NCBI GenBank assembly: GCA_043820105.1
Contig: JBDREC010000089.1
Span: 1 to 39,965 of the forward strand
Reading direction: 5' to 3'
Length of the DNA stretch: 39,965 bases
Source of the DNA: Pseudomonadota bacterium
GTDB lineage: Bacteria > Bdellovibrionota_F > JAHFAK01 > JBDREC01
The notes under the pieces are model-generated. The model had not been told where the DNA came from and did no database searches. It saw only the letters and a list, made by a program, of their open reading frames with translations. Both the position numbers and the translations under genes were made by a program. Of the stretch, positions 8,979-19,656 are shown piece after piece (the first letter of the stretch is position 1; each line of letters starts with the position of its first letter).

Positions 8979-9614
8979 ATGCACACGCAAACCCTCAAAG
9001 AAGAAATTATAAATACTGTCATTCATGGTGTTGGTTTTTTGTTTGCTATGGCAGCTCTCATTTTAATGATAGTTTACGCTAGCCTTACAAAGGAACTAAT
9101 GCTCATTGCCAGTACAACTGTTTTTGGAATCAGCTTAGTATTTTTATATTATTCATCATCTCTTTATCACGCCTTTTCTTTAACAAACGCCAAATATGTT
9201 TTTCGTAAAATCGATCATTTTAATATTTACATTCTTATTGCAGGTACCTACACGCCGTTTGCACTGTCTGTTGTTGGTGGTGCCTGGGGCTGGACTCTTT
9301 TTGGAATAGAATGGGGGCTTGTTGTAGCTGGAATTGCATGGAAATCTTATTTTGGATATAGATATGATTTTTATGCAACAATGGGTTATGCTGTAATGGG
9401 ATGGATGATGATCATTGTTATAAAGCCACTTCTTGCAAATTTCAATTATTGGGGAATCTTTTGGCTATTCGGAGGAGGTGTTTTCTACACCCTCGGAATT
9501 CCATTTTTTTTATTAGATACCAAGCACAAATATTTTCATAATATCTGGCATGTATTTGTTTTAGCAGGCTCTGTATGTCATTTTTTATCAGTGTTTTTGT
9601 ATATAATTCCTTAA
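8979..9614 (+). CDS. Hemolysin III / PAQR family membrane protein
   Basis: EEIINTVIHG, SSLYHA, KIDHFNIYILIAGTYTP, GGVFYTLG, HNIWHVFVLAGSVCHF. Confidence 0.95.
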   Translation: MHTQTLKEEIINTVIHGVGFLFAMAALILMIVYASLTKELMLIASTTVFGISLVFLYYSSSLYHAFSLTNAKYVFRKIDHFNIYILIAGTYTPFALSVVGGAWGWTLFGIEWGLVVAGIAWKSYFGYRYDFYATMGYAVMGWMMIIVIKPLLANFNYWGIFWLFGGGVFYTLGIPFFLLDTKHKYFHNIWHVFVLAGSVCHFLSVFLYIIP

Positions 9615-9648
9615 TAAGAGAACAAGAGCGCAGGGGAACAAGGGAACA
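9611..9648 (+). repeat. 38-bp dispersed repeat, copy 1 (octamer-based, GAACAAGG-like)
   Basis: 35/38 identical to the reverse complement of 23668-23705. Confidence 0.85.
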
Positions 9649-9993
9649 TGGTGAATATTATTGCTACTTGCTGGCTGCTAGCTGCTGCTTGCTGTTGTAG
9701 ATTGAATTCATTCTTTTGATAAACTTCTTTAAAAGCATTTGCTCTTTTTCTTCTTGTTTCAACATCTAATACCTTATTAAATAGAAGCATAACAAGCGGA
9801 GAAATAAAGGCAGAAAGCGCTATGACTCTCCACATAAGTTCTGTGTTTCTTTCACCTTGCTCTGGACATAGTGTATAAAGTAAGATTCCTGTAGTTGGTC
9901 CCACAAGAAGCCTTCCAAAAAACATTGGTATAGTTGATAATGCCATATATGATACGAGTTGATTATCAGGAGCAACTGAAGCAGTATAATCCT
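9611..9993 (-). pseudogene. C-terminal fragment of an MFS transporter
   Basis: The frame extends upstream of the called Met as DYTASVAPDNQLVSYMALSTIPMFFGRLLVGPTTGILL, resembling the final two MFS helices. It is closed by a stop at about 10010 and the rest of the gene is absent. Confidence 0.55.
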
Positions 9994-10036
9994 GTTTTTT
10001 TAATTTTATTTAGGATCCAAGGTTAAAGCAAGCAAA

Positions 10037-10078
10037 ATAAAAAAAATCCCCGCCAGCTTAAGCCAGCGAGGATTTTTA
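10037..10078 (-). terminator. Intrinsic terminator of groES-groEL
   Basis: Minus-strand hairpin AATCCTCGCTGGC-TTAA-GCTGGCGGGGATT (with G-U pairs) followed by a U-tract. Confidence 0.85.
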
Positions 10079-10107
10079 AATTTCTATATTGTGGGAAAGA
10101 TGGTGGC

Positions 10108-12058
<1,951 letters not shown>

Positions 12059-12133
12059 TAAAACCTCCTATGCAAAAAGTTTAGACCTATTATAGATTAA
12101 ATATAATTTATCCTCCTTAAGTCGCTGGAGTAT

Positions 12134-12163
12134 AGATAAGCATTATATTTTCCATGTCAAGGG
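12134..12163 (-). promoter_or_regulatory. Heat-shock (sigma32-like) promoter of groES-groEL
   Basis: Minus strand CCCTTGAC-N15-CTTATCT, matching the hsp20 upstream motif. Confidence 0.6.
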
Positions 12164-12194
12164 ATGATAGTGGTTTTTTTTAGAGATATAAGTG

Positions 12195-12353
12195 ATTTTG
12201 AATTTTAAATTTTGAATTTTGAATTGAAAGACAGCTCTGCCCAAGCTTTTAGCTAGTTATATCAGTGACTTATATGGCGATGACTTGAAAACATTGTTTT
12301 ATAATCATTTGAAAAAATTATAGGATTCTAATTCGAAATTTAAAATTCAAAAT
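12195..12353. repeat. Inverted pair of TTTTGAA-type heptamer arrays
   Basis: 12195-12218 attttgaattttaaattttgaatt matches the reverse complement of 12330-12353 at 23/24 positions. Confidence 0.7.
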
Positions 12354-12538
12354 TAGATAAAAAGATCCTCATCCATAAAATTCCCATTCTTGTCCCTTTT
12401 CTTTTTAATCCTTTTACTTTGAACTGGATTTTGGGCTGGATCAAACCGGTTTTCAGCAAAAGGTGGATTTAGTAATGGTAAGGAAGTAAAATTTGTGAGA
12501 AAAATGTGAGAGTTGTCTTTTGTTTTTTTTGTTGTCAT
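12353..12538 (-). CDS. Small hypothetical protein (61 aa)
   Basis: AAGGAG RBS 5 nt before the ATG and a sigma54 promoter 85 bp upstream; no recognisable domain. Confidence 0.55.
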   Translation of the reverse strand: MTTKKTKDNSHIFLTNFTSLPLLNPPFAENRFDPAQNPVQSKRIKKKRDKNGNFMDEDLFI

Positions 12539-12551
12539 AATTGCTCCTTTG

Positions 12552-12575
12552 CGTACAACGTACAGCGTACGGCGT
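12552..12575 (+). repeat. Heptamer tandem repeat (CGTACRR)x3.5
   Basis: cgtacaa cgtacag cgtacgg cgt, in the 5' leader of the 61-aa ORF. Confidence 0.75.
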
Positions 12576-12622
12576 AAATTTCATCTATTTATACATCATA
12601 TGTGTATATATAATAAAGCTTT

Positions 12623-12638
12623 TGCAAAAATCATTCCA
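12623..12638 (-). promoter_or_regulatory. Sigma54 (-24/-12) promoter
   Basis: Minus strand TGGAATGATTTTTGCA has GG and TTGCA at the canonical spacing. Confidence 0.6.
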
Positions 12639-12818
12639 GAAACTGCCCCACATAACACACTAATAACACATGACTTTTATTATTTACAATAAAGCTTAAG
12701 CAATTATCGTGAAACATGCAACCCAAAAGACATAGTGGCCTGGGACAGCGATTACTCTTGACACGCTTTGTCATTTTTGTTATGGGTTTCTAGTATTTAT
12801 AAATTGGGAATGCATTTT

Positions 12819-13916
12819 ATGAACAAAAACACCTTAAAATTTTTAGTATTTTATCTTATTATTTCTATTTCTGCCTTTTCTTCTTCAGAGCAAGATATAT
12901 TAAAAAAACTTTTACTCGCGTTAACTGATATGACAGAAACCCAGAGTGCTGGAGTCCAAAATAGATATTTAACCAACATTATTGCTTTTCACAACAACCA
13001 TCCCGGCCTGTCTAAAAATGAAACCGCTTATTCACTGCTAGCTTTAGCTGAAGCTAGACTGCCTTTTCAACTAAGAATAAATGCTTTAATTGCTTTTAAT
13101 AAAATCGAAATTCCTTTTAGATATGATTTTGCAAAAAGACTTGAAGAGATTGCTGATCCATTAACACAAAATCCATATAAAGTAAGTGTAACAGCTGCTC
13201 AAATATTAAACACCTGGAATAGATTACCTGAATATCTGTTTCCATTAATAAACGAGAATGCCACTCGCTTTGATATTGTAATTGCGCAAACAAGGCATCC
13301 TGATCAAATAGCCAGGGCTACGGCTCTTATTGAACTTCATAAAAAGGGATTTTTGGGGCAAGAAGAAAGCAGGCAGATATCAATTAATAGATTATTAGAA
13401 ATAATAGATTTTGAAACAAGAGACGAGAGCTTTCATATTAAGCAAAGGGCAATTTTATTGTTAGCACAATTTCTAGATCAAGAAATTGTTAAATATAGTT
13501 TAATGAAAGTGATAACTACTGAGACTATGGACGAAGATGAAAGAGTTCGCTTAGCAGCTGTAAAGGCTTTGACTAACAATATTGATGACCTCGAAATAAT
13601 AAAGTTTTTGTTTTCAATCGCCACTCGCGATAATTATCTTGATCCAAGTGAAGAAGTCCGAAGCCTTGCCCTGTCTTATTTGCCAGCAAGTGCCAGGCAA
13701 ATATCTGAAACAAGCGACGGGTCAGAAACAGTAAAAGTAGAAGAATATAAAAACAGATCCTTTTTATCTAGATTAAATCCATTTAAGGCAATAGGAACGA
13801 TTTTTAGTAGAAACAGAAATCCACAACCCATGGATGATAAAATCTTGATAGAAGAAGCAGAAGACATAAAATTAGAAGAAAAAACAAAAGTAAATATGTG
13901 CATGAGATTGTTTTAA
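12819..13916 (+). CDS. Secreted HEAT-repeat protein with C-terminal CxxLF motif
   Basis: Likely start MNKNTLKFLVFYLIISISAFS (signal peptide). HEAT motifs DEDERVRLAAVKAL and DPSEEVRSLAL. Ends in MCMRLF. Confidence 0.75.
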   Translation: MNKNTLKFLVFYLIISISAFSSSEQDILKKLLLALTDMTETQSAGVQNRYLTNIIAFHNNHPGLSKNETAYSLLALAEARLPFQLRINALIAFNKIEIPFRYDFAKRLEEIADPLTQNPYKVSVTAAQILNTWNRLPEYLFPLINENATRFDIVIAQTRHPDQIARATALIELHKKGFLGQEESRQISINRLLEIIDFETRDESFHIKQRAILLLAQFLDQEIVKYSLMKVITTETMDEDERVRLAAVKALTNNIDDLEIIKFLFSIATRDNYLDPSEEVRSLALSYLPASARQISETSDGSETVKVEEYKNRSFLSRLNPFKAIGTIFSRNRNPQPMDDKILIEEAEDIKLEEKTKVNMCMRLF

Positions 13917-13940
13917 TTTCGAATTTAGACTTTTTTAAAC

Positions 13941-14038
13941 CTTACCACCTACCACTTACCACTTACCACCTACCACTTACCACTTACCACTTACCACTTA
14001 CCACTTACCACTTACCACTTACCACTTACCACTTACCA
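13941..14038 (-). repeat. Heptamer tandem array, 14 units of (TGGTAAG)/(CTTACCA)
   Basis: 12 CTTACCA plus 2 CCTACCA units. On the minus strand it begins right after the TAG stop of the lipoprotein gene; it lies between convergent genes. Confidence 0.97.
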
Positions 14039-14542
14039 CTATTTCTTCAATATCTCATAAAGCTCTTCCTGGATTTTCTCCAAAACCTTTCGTTCTTTTC
14101 GTGAGGAGCTTTTTGTATCATACCAGCGATATATAGAGCCCTGAAAATCATCACCCTTGGTAATTACATCTGACCAATATTGCTCTTTTGCTTTAACAAT
14201 AATTTCTGTTCGGTCAGGAGATTTTGCAACAACGCCAACAATTATTTTATATCTTATTTTATATGGAACTCTAACTTCGCCATAACCTGAATATAAAAGA
14301 TCTGATTTTGATCCATATACCCAATCGGTTTCAACATAGCCTTCTTTCCTAACTTTTTTGAATATTGGAAAGCGTGACATAACATTTTCAACAGCTGACC
14401 AGGTTTTATCAAAACCCAGTCTGAAGTCAACCTGAGTATCATAACCTGGCCCACTTAAATCACCTGGCTCTTCAAAGTTTTTACCACCGCAGGAAAAAAT
14501 TAAGCTTGTTAAAGTAAGAAAACATAGAATATTTTTAATCAT
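14039..14542 (-). CDS. Lipoprotein, possibly BamC-like fold
   Basis: Likely start MIKNILCFLTLTSLIFSC (lipobox). GYVETDW motif and terminal E-x-x-L-x-x-I helix are reminiscent of BamC/DUF3576-like lipoproteins. Confidence 0.7.
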   Translation of the reverse strand: MIKNILCFLTLTSLIFSCGGKNFEEPGDLSGPGYDTQVDFRLGFDKTWSAVENVMSRFPIFKKVRKEGYVETDWVYGSKSDLLYSGYGEVRVPYKIRYKIIVGVVAKSPDRTEIIVKAKEQYWSDVITKGDDFQGSIYRWYDTKSSSRKERKVLEKIQEELYEILKK

Positions 14543-14650
14543 TATTGGCTCCAACAAAATAGTATCTTTTTCTTTTAATAAGGTAGTTTTTTTGAAATGT
14601 AAAATCAAGCCAGATTTTCTTCTCTTAAACCAAGAAGTGATTTTTATGCT

Positions 14651-15751
14651 TTATTTAGAATTAAATTGAGGATGATATTTCATTATCATGTCATGCAAAA
14701 ATTCATATTCCTTATATTTTTTCAAAACAGTGATCGCATTTTCAAGAGCTGGCTTTATATAAGAAACAAGAGTGTCATTGCCTTTTTCGATTCTAATAAA
14801 TTCAAACCTTCCAGCTGCTTTTAAAGTTCTGTGAATTGCGGTTAGGTCTACAACCTTTCTAAAATGCCTGGCAGATGAGTTTATTTTTGATTCTTTATGA
14901 TAAAGCCAGATCATAGACTCAATAAGGTTTTTGGGAACTTTAACGTAGGCATCAAATAATAAGGATGCTAGATCATAAGTTGCAGGTGCCATTAAAGCAT
15001 CTTGAAAATCAATATTAAAGAGTCTGTTATTTTTTATCATTAAATTTCGTGAATGAAAATCTCTATGTGTAAAAACTACAGGCTCATTGCTTAAAATATT
15101 TGAAATATCGTGATAAATATAATTTAATTTATTTTGCTCGCTTTGGTTTGGGTGTTCATTATCCCTTGAAAGACATCTTGCAGTACACAAACCATATTCA
15201 CTAAAATGCATAAACTCCCAATGAAACAGTTCTTTATCAAAGCGTTTTTGATAAACAATATTCTTGCTTTCATTACAAAGGTCCGTTGCATAATTATGCA
15301 TGCTCAACATTTGCCCGATGCATCTTTCATACCAAAGTTCAATTTCATTATTATTGTTCATGTCCAGATAGAGCTGTAGTGTTGTATCTTGAAGGTCTTC
15401 TAATGTTAAGATCCTTTCATCGGGAATAAATGAATATATCTCTGGCACATAAACAGAAGACTTTTTTAAAACATCTTGAACAATAATAAAGGGCAGCTGA
15501 TAGGTTGTATTAACTTCATCTTCAATTTTATTAGCAACTACGCCTTCATCTGAATTTTGAAAGTTTTCCGGAAGAAGCATAATTATTAAAGAAGAAAAAG
15601 TGTTTTTATCTTGAAGACGATAGTATTGCCGACTTGAAGCATCGCCTTGCAATTTAGAAAGAATAAATCTATCTGAGTCCCTTGTTTGCTGCTTTATTTG
15701 CTCAAAAGAATTAAGACACTCTTTTTGTAAAAAATCTAGTAAGTCGCGCAT
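14651..15751 (-). CDS. amgK: Anomeric MurNAc/GlcNAc kinase AmgK (aminoglycoside phosphotransferase family)
   Basis: GDASSRQYYR, LEDL, HRDFHSRNLM, IDFQDALMAPATYDLASLL, RTLKAAGRF. Confidence 0.8.
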   Translation of the reverse strand: MRDLLDFLQKECLNSFEQIKQQTRDSDRFILSKLQGDASSRQYYRLQDKNTFSSLIIMLLPENFQNSDEGVVANKIEDEVNTTYQLPFIIVQDVLKKSSVYVPEIYSFIPDERILTLEDLQDTTLQLYLDMNNNNEIELWYERCIGQMLSMHNYATDLCNESKNIVYQKRFDKELFHWEFMHFSEYGLCTARCLSRDNEHPNQSEQNKLNYIYHDISNILSNEPVVFTHRDFHSRNLMIKNNRLFNIDFQDALMAPATYDLASLLFDAYVKVPKNLIESMIWLYHKESKINSSARHFRKVVDLTAIHRTLKAAGRFEFIRIEKGNDTLVSYIKPALENAITVLKKYKEYEFLHDMIMKYHPQFNSK

Positions 15752-15907
15752 ATTAGTTTTCCTAAAAATGTTTGAAAGATAATATTAGATTATTTTCCAC
15801 TCTTGTCAAAACAAAAGAATCTATAAACCTGCGAGCCCTTTTTTATTTGACAAATTGCATTATAACATATTACAAGTTTCCAGTCAGTTTAATAAAGGAG
15901 TTGCCCT

Positions 15908-16420
15908 ATGAAAAAGATTACATTTCTTGCATTACTTGTGTTTATTATGTCAAGCCTATGTCTAATGGCAGAAGACACCAGTTTCGAAGATGAAAAATTT
16001 CAAGTTAACAGAACAAAATATTTTGGTGTTGGCGGAGAAATTGTAAATACTACAACCGCGCGTGCAAATACCCTATCATTATTTATTGAACCCCTTTCAT
16101 ATCTAAAGATAGGCGCTAATTTCGGTTTCTTAGATAATTTTGAAAGTTATCTAGTTGGACCAAAATTTCATATAACATATTTAAAACGAAAATATTTTAA
16201 CCTTTTTGTTCAAATTGCTGCTTATTATTCTAAAGGTTTAAGTGAAGGGGATGGCTATCAGGGAAACACTTTATTGGGTGTAGAACTTTTTATTCCTGAT
16301 CAAAAGGAAATTGGCTTTAGTATTGCCCATGGCCTTGTTTGGGAAATAATTGATCCTTATGTAGTTAGTTTTGCAAATACTAGTTTAATTGGGAATATAG
16401 CGTTGCATTTTTATTTCTAG
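15908..16420 (+). CDS. Small outer-membrane beta-barrel protein
   Basis: Signal peptide, alternating amphipathic strands and C-terminal ALHFYF beta-signal. Confidence 0.7.
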   Translation: MKKITFLALLVFIMSSLCLMAEDTSFEDEKFQVNRTKYFGVGGEIVNTTTARANTLSLFIEPLSYLKIGANFGFLDNFESYLVGPKFHITYLKRKYFNLFVQIAAYYSKGLSEGDGYQGNTLLGVELFIPDQKEIGFSIAHGLVWEIIDPYVVSFANTSLIGNIALHFYF

Positions 16421-16507
16421 AAAGCATATCCTTTCTTCAATCTTGACAAGTTTACTTCATAAATATATTTTTCTTATTCTAATAACCTTAAGATAAAAGA
16501 AATTATT

Positions 16508-17476
16508 ATGAAGGCAGTAATTCTAGCAGCAGGTTTTGGAAATCGCTTAAAGCCTATTACTGAAAACCTACCAAAGCCTCTTGTTCCTGTTATAAATGAA
16601 AAGCTAATTACTTATCCTTTAATGTTCCTTTATAAAAATGGAATCAGAGATATTGGGATAAACCTTTATCATCTCGGGGATCAAATAAAGACATACCTTA
16701 CAAAACATTTCAATTCTATGTTTAACTTTTATTTTTCAGAAGAAACTGAACTCTTGGGAACTGGTGGTGGAATTCAAGGCTTTAAAAACTTTATAGATGA
16801 TGAAAATTTCATTGTTATTAATAGTGATACCTTAATTGATTTTAATTTTTTAGATTGCCTGCATCTTCATATAAAAAATAATAGTATCGCGACAATGGTG
16901 CTTAGAAAAAACCCTAGTTCAGAAGGTTATGGTGACTTTTCTGTTAATAAGTATGGCAAAATTGTTCACATGCTTGGCAATGGTAAACTATTCTTCAGAG
17001 ATCCATACATGTATACAGGCGTTCAAATTTTAAACAGGAACGTCTTTGATTATTTACCAGAAGGAAAACCAAGTTGTATAATTAATGACTTTTATATTCC
17101 AGCCTTTGAAGAAGGTGAATTTATTTCAGGCTATAAATATAATGGCTTTTGGGCTGATATTGGAACTATTGATAGATATTTTGATACTTCAATATTTTTC
17201 CTAAAAAAACGCTATGGAAATCAAATTATTGTTGGTCCCTCTACATATGTTTCAGAAAGCTCAAAAATAATTCCCCCTGTAATCATTGCAGAAAACTGTA
17301 AAATAAAAAAGAACTGCGAAATTGGGCCATATGTTATTATTGGGGAAAATTGTAAAATTGAAAAGGGTTCAAAGATTTCTGAAAGCATTATTTTTGAGAA
17401 TGTTATTGTAGCTCAAAAATCAAACCTAAAAAAGGTCATCTTAAATAAATGGAATCAAATTGATGTGACAAGGTAA
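16508..17476 (+). CDS. Sugar-phosphate nucleotidyltransferase with C-terminal hexapeptide repeats (MurU candidate)
   Basis: AVILAAGFGNRLKPIT..PKPLVPV, ETELLGTGGG, INSD, YTGVQIL, WADIGT; left-handed beta-helix tail; close to amgK. Confidence 0.85.
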   Translation: MKAVILAAGFGNRLKPITENLPKPLVPVINEKLITYPLMFLYKNGIRDIGINLYHLGDQIKTYLTKHFNSMFNFYFSEETELLGTGGGIQGFKNFIDDENFIVINSDTLIDFNFLDCLHLHIKNNSIATMVLRKNPSSEGYGDFSVNKYGKIVHMLGNGKLFFRDPYMYTGVQILNRNVFDYLPEGKPSCIINDFYIPAFEEGEFISGYKYNGFWADIGTIDRYFDTSIFFLKKRYGNQIIVGPSTYVSESSKIIPPVIIAENCKIKKNCEIGPYVIIGENCKIEKGSKISESIIFENVIVAQKSNLKKVILNKWNQIDVTR

Positions 17477-17502
17477 AATCTTAAAAACCAGAAAGCTCTA
17501 AA

Positions 17503-17739
17503 TTAATCCAGCTCTCCAGGAATATTAAAAATCTGAAACTCTGAATGAAGTTCAACCTTTTTAACCCTTGTTTTTCTAGGTTTCTTTGCTTTTACAAAAC
17601 CAAGATTATCAAAATCTCGAGAATTATTCACAGCATTTTGAATAGTACTGCACCTAGGACACTCTGGCTGAGACTTATTCAAATCATAGAAAACACAGGC
17701 ACAATCAATACAGATATATTTTTTTCCATACTTGCTCAT
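17503..17739 (-). CDS. FYDLN-family zinc-ribbon protein
   Basis: GKKYICIDCACVFYDLNKSQPECPRC; GGAGG RBS. Confidence 0.85.
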   Translation of the reverse strand: MSKYGKKYICIDCACVFYDLNKSQPECPRCSTIQNAVNNSRDFDNLGFVKAKKPRKTRVKKVELHSEFQIFNIPGELD

Positions 17740-18092
17740 ATATCCCTCCTAAAAAAGCAATAAGCGATCAGTTGAAAGCTGTAAGATATATCAATTTTCT
17801 TTTTAAATGAATTCATAGATACTTTTACCAACCTAAAAGCAATTGAATAACCACTTAAAAAAATTAATGCAAGCAGATTTTAAATTTTTTTCATTTTTTT
17901 ATGGCCTATTCGTAAGCACCTAAAAATGTTGGCTATTATTTTACTGCACGCTTTTCAATCTTGACAAAAATAGGGGCTACGTATAGTTATTTACCTCGTT
18001 AATTTTTAATAATCGATTTAGTTTAAAATATTTTATTTTTTATTCTTTAATGTAAAACAAAATTTTAGTTATGAACTTATAGGAGAAGATCA

Positions 18093-18851
18093 ATGATTGA
18101 GGTAAGTAAACTCACCAAGCGCTATGGCGACTTTGAAGCAGTTGATGACCTGAGCTTCACTGTTAATAAAGGTGAAATTTTAGGTTTTTTGGGACCAAAT
18201 GGTGCCGGCAAAACAACAACCATGCGTATTTTAACCTGCTATATGCCTGCAACTAGTGGTGTTGCAAAGATTGCAGGATTCGACATATATTCTCATTCTT
18301 ATGATGTGAAAAAAAGGATCGGTTACTTGCCAGAAATACCACCCCTATATCCTGACATGACAGTTAAAAAATATTTAAGCTTTGTTATGAAGATCAGACA
18401 AGTTCCAAGAGCTCAAAGAAAAGATCGACTGAGTTTTGCTCTTGATAAATGTGGCCTTGCATCAGTTCAAGATAGAATTATTGAAAACCTTTCCAGGGGA
18501 TATAAGCAAAGATGTGGAATAGCTCAGGCGATTATTCACAATCCAGAGGTTTTAATTCTTGATGAACCTACACAAGGGCTTGACCCTAAGCAGATTGTCG
18601 AAATTCGAGCCCTTATTAAAGGTCTGGCTTCTGACCATACCATAATATTGAGCACACATATTTTACCAGAAGTCACAATGCTTTGTTCAAGAGCTATTAT
18701 AATTAATAAAGGAAAGCTTGTAACTGATAAACACTTAGCTGACTTAGTAGCAGGCAAAGATTTAGAAACAGCATTTCTTGATCTTATTGCAGGTGGTGAG
18801 ATGATAAGTAAACAAAAAGAAGAAGAAAAAAAGGAGGTGGCCAATGACTAG
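18093..18851 (+). CDS. ABC transporter ATP-binding protein (GldA-like)
   Basis: GPNGAGKTT, LSRGYKQR signature, ILDEPT, STH. Confidence 0.95.
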   Translation: MIEVSKLTKRYGDFEAVDDLSFTVNKGEILGFLGPNGAGKTTTMRILTCYMPATSGVAKIAGFDIYSHSYDVKKRIGYLPEIPPLYPDMTVKKYLSFVMKIRQVPRAQRKDRLSFALDKCGLASVQDRIIENLSRGYKQRCGIAQAIIHNPEVLILDEPTQGLDPKQIVEIRALIKGLASDHTIILSTHILPEVTMLCSRAIIINKGKLVTDKHLADLVAGKDLETAFLDLIAGGEMISKQKEEEKKEVAND

Positions 18852-19650
18852 ATTTTTTAGTTTTTTTACAAACCTTTGGCACTTAATGCTTAAAGAGCTT
18901 AAATCATATTTTACCTCACCTGTTGCGTATTTGGTGCTTTCTGTTTTTACAATAATTAGTGGTTTATATTTCTATATAGTTTTATCAAGTTTCTACACCA
19001 GAATAAATCAATATAAGGTTTATTCTCAACTTTACAGAAACCCAGAGTTTCTTGAAAGAATAAATTTAAATGAAATGGTTATTTCTCCCTTGTTTCAGTT
19101 TCTAATAATTGTTTTAATATTCATTGTTCCAGCGCTTACCATGCGATTAATTGCTGATGAGAAAAAAGCGAAAACTGATGAGCTTTTATTAACAACACCT
19201 TTGAGTCTTTATGAAATTGTTTTAGGCAAATTTCTTGGCTCATTTTTATTCTTGCTTATATTGCTTTCAACAACCCTTGTCTTTATTGCAATTTTATTTA
19301 TTTATGGAGCCCCTGAACTTGGACCAGTTATCACTGGTTATTTGGGCCTTATTTTAATAGGAACTGTCTTACTAGCAATTGGAATCTTTGCTTCTTCTCT
19401 TACTGCTAATCAAATTAACAGTTACTTTATTTCTTTCGCCATTGGACTTTTGCTATTGATCACAGGGTGGGCTGGGCAATTAACAAGTGAAAGAATTGGA
19501 GGAGTTCTTAATTACTTATCAATAACATCTCACTATCAGAATCTAGCTAAGGGCCTTATTGATAGCAAGGATATTTGTTATTATTTAAGTTTTATAGTTT
19601 TCTTTTTGTTTATGGCAAAGTCATCAGTTGAATCAATGAGATGGAGGTAG
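18844..19650 (+). CDS. ABC-2 permease (GldF-like)
   Basis: KELKSYFTSPVAY, PALTMRLIADEK, ELLLTTP, IVLGKF, SSLTANQ; six TM segments. Confidence 0.92.
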   Translation: MTRFFSFFTNLWHLMLKELKSYFTSPVAYLVLSVFTIISGLYFYIVLSSFYTRINQYKVYSQLYRNPEFLERINLNEMVISPLFQFLIIVLIFIVPALTMRLIADEKKAKTDELLLTTPLSLYEIVLGKFLGSFLFLLILLSTTLVFIAILFIYGAPELGPVITGYLGLILIGTVLLAIGIFASSLTANQINSYFISFAIGLLLLITGWAGQLTSERIGGVLNYLSITSHYQNLAKGLIDSKDICYYLSFIVFFLFMAKSSVESMRWR

Positions 19651-19656
19651 AATAAA

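Noticed and set aside
13941-14038. Possible CRISPR array (also 39831-39965 and 90-136)
   Set aside because: The units are contiguous with no unique spacers, and no cas genes are present in the window.
13898-14104. 68-aa ORF with YHLPLTT repeats
   Set aside because: It is only the translation of the CTTACCA array and overlaps two real genes.
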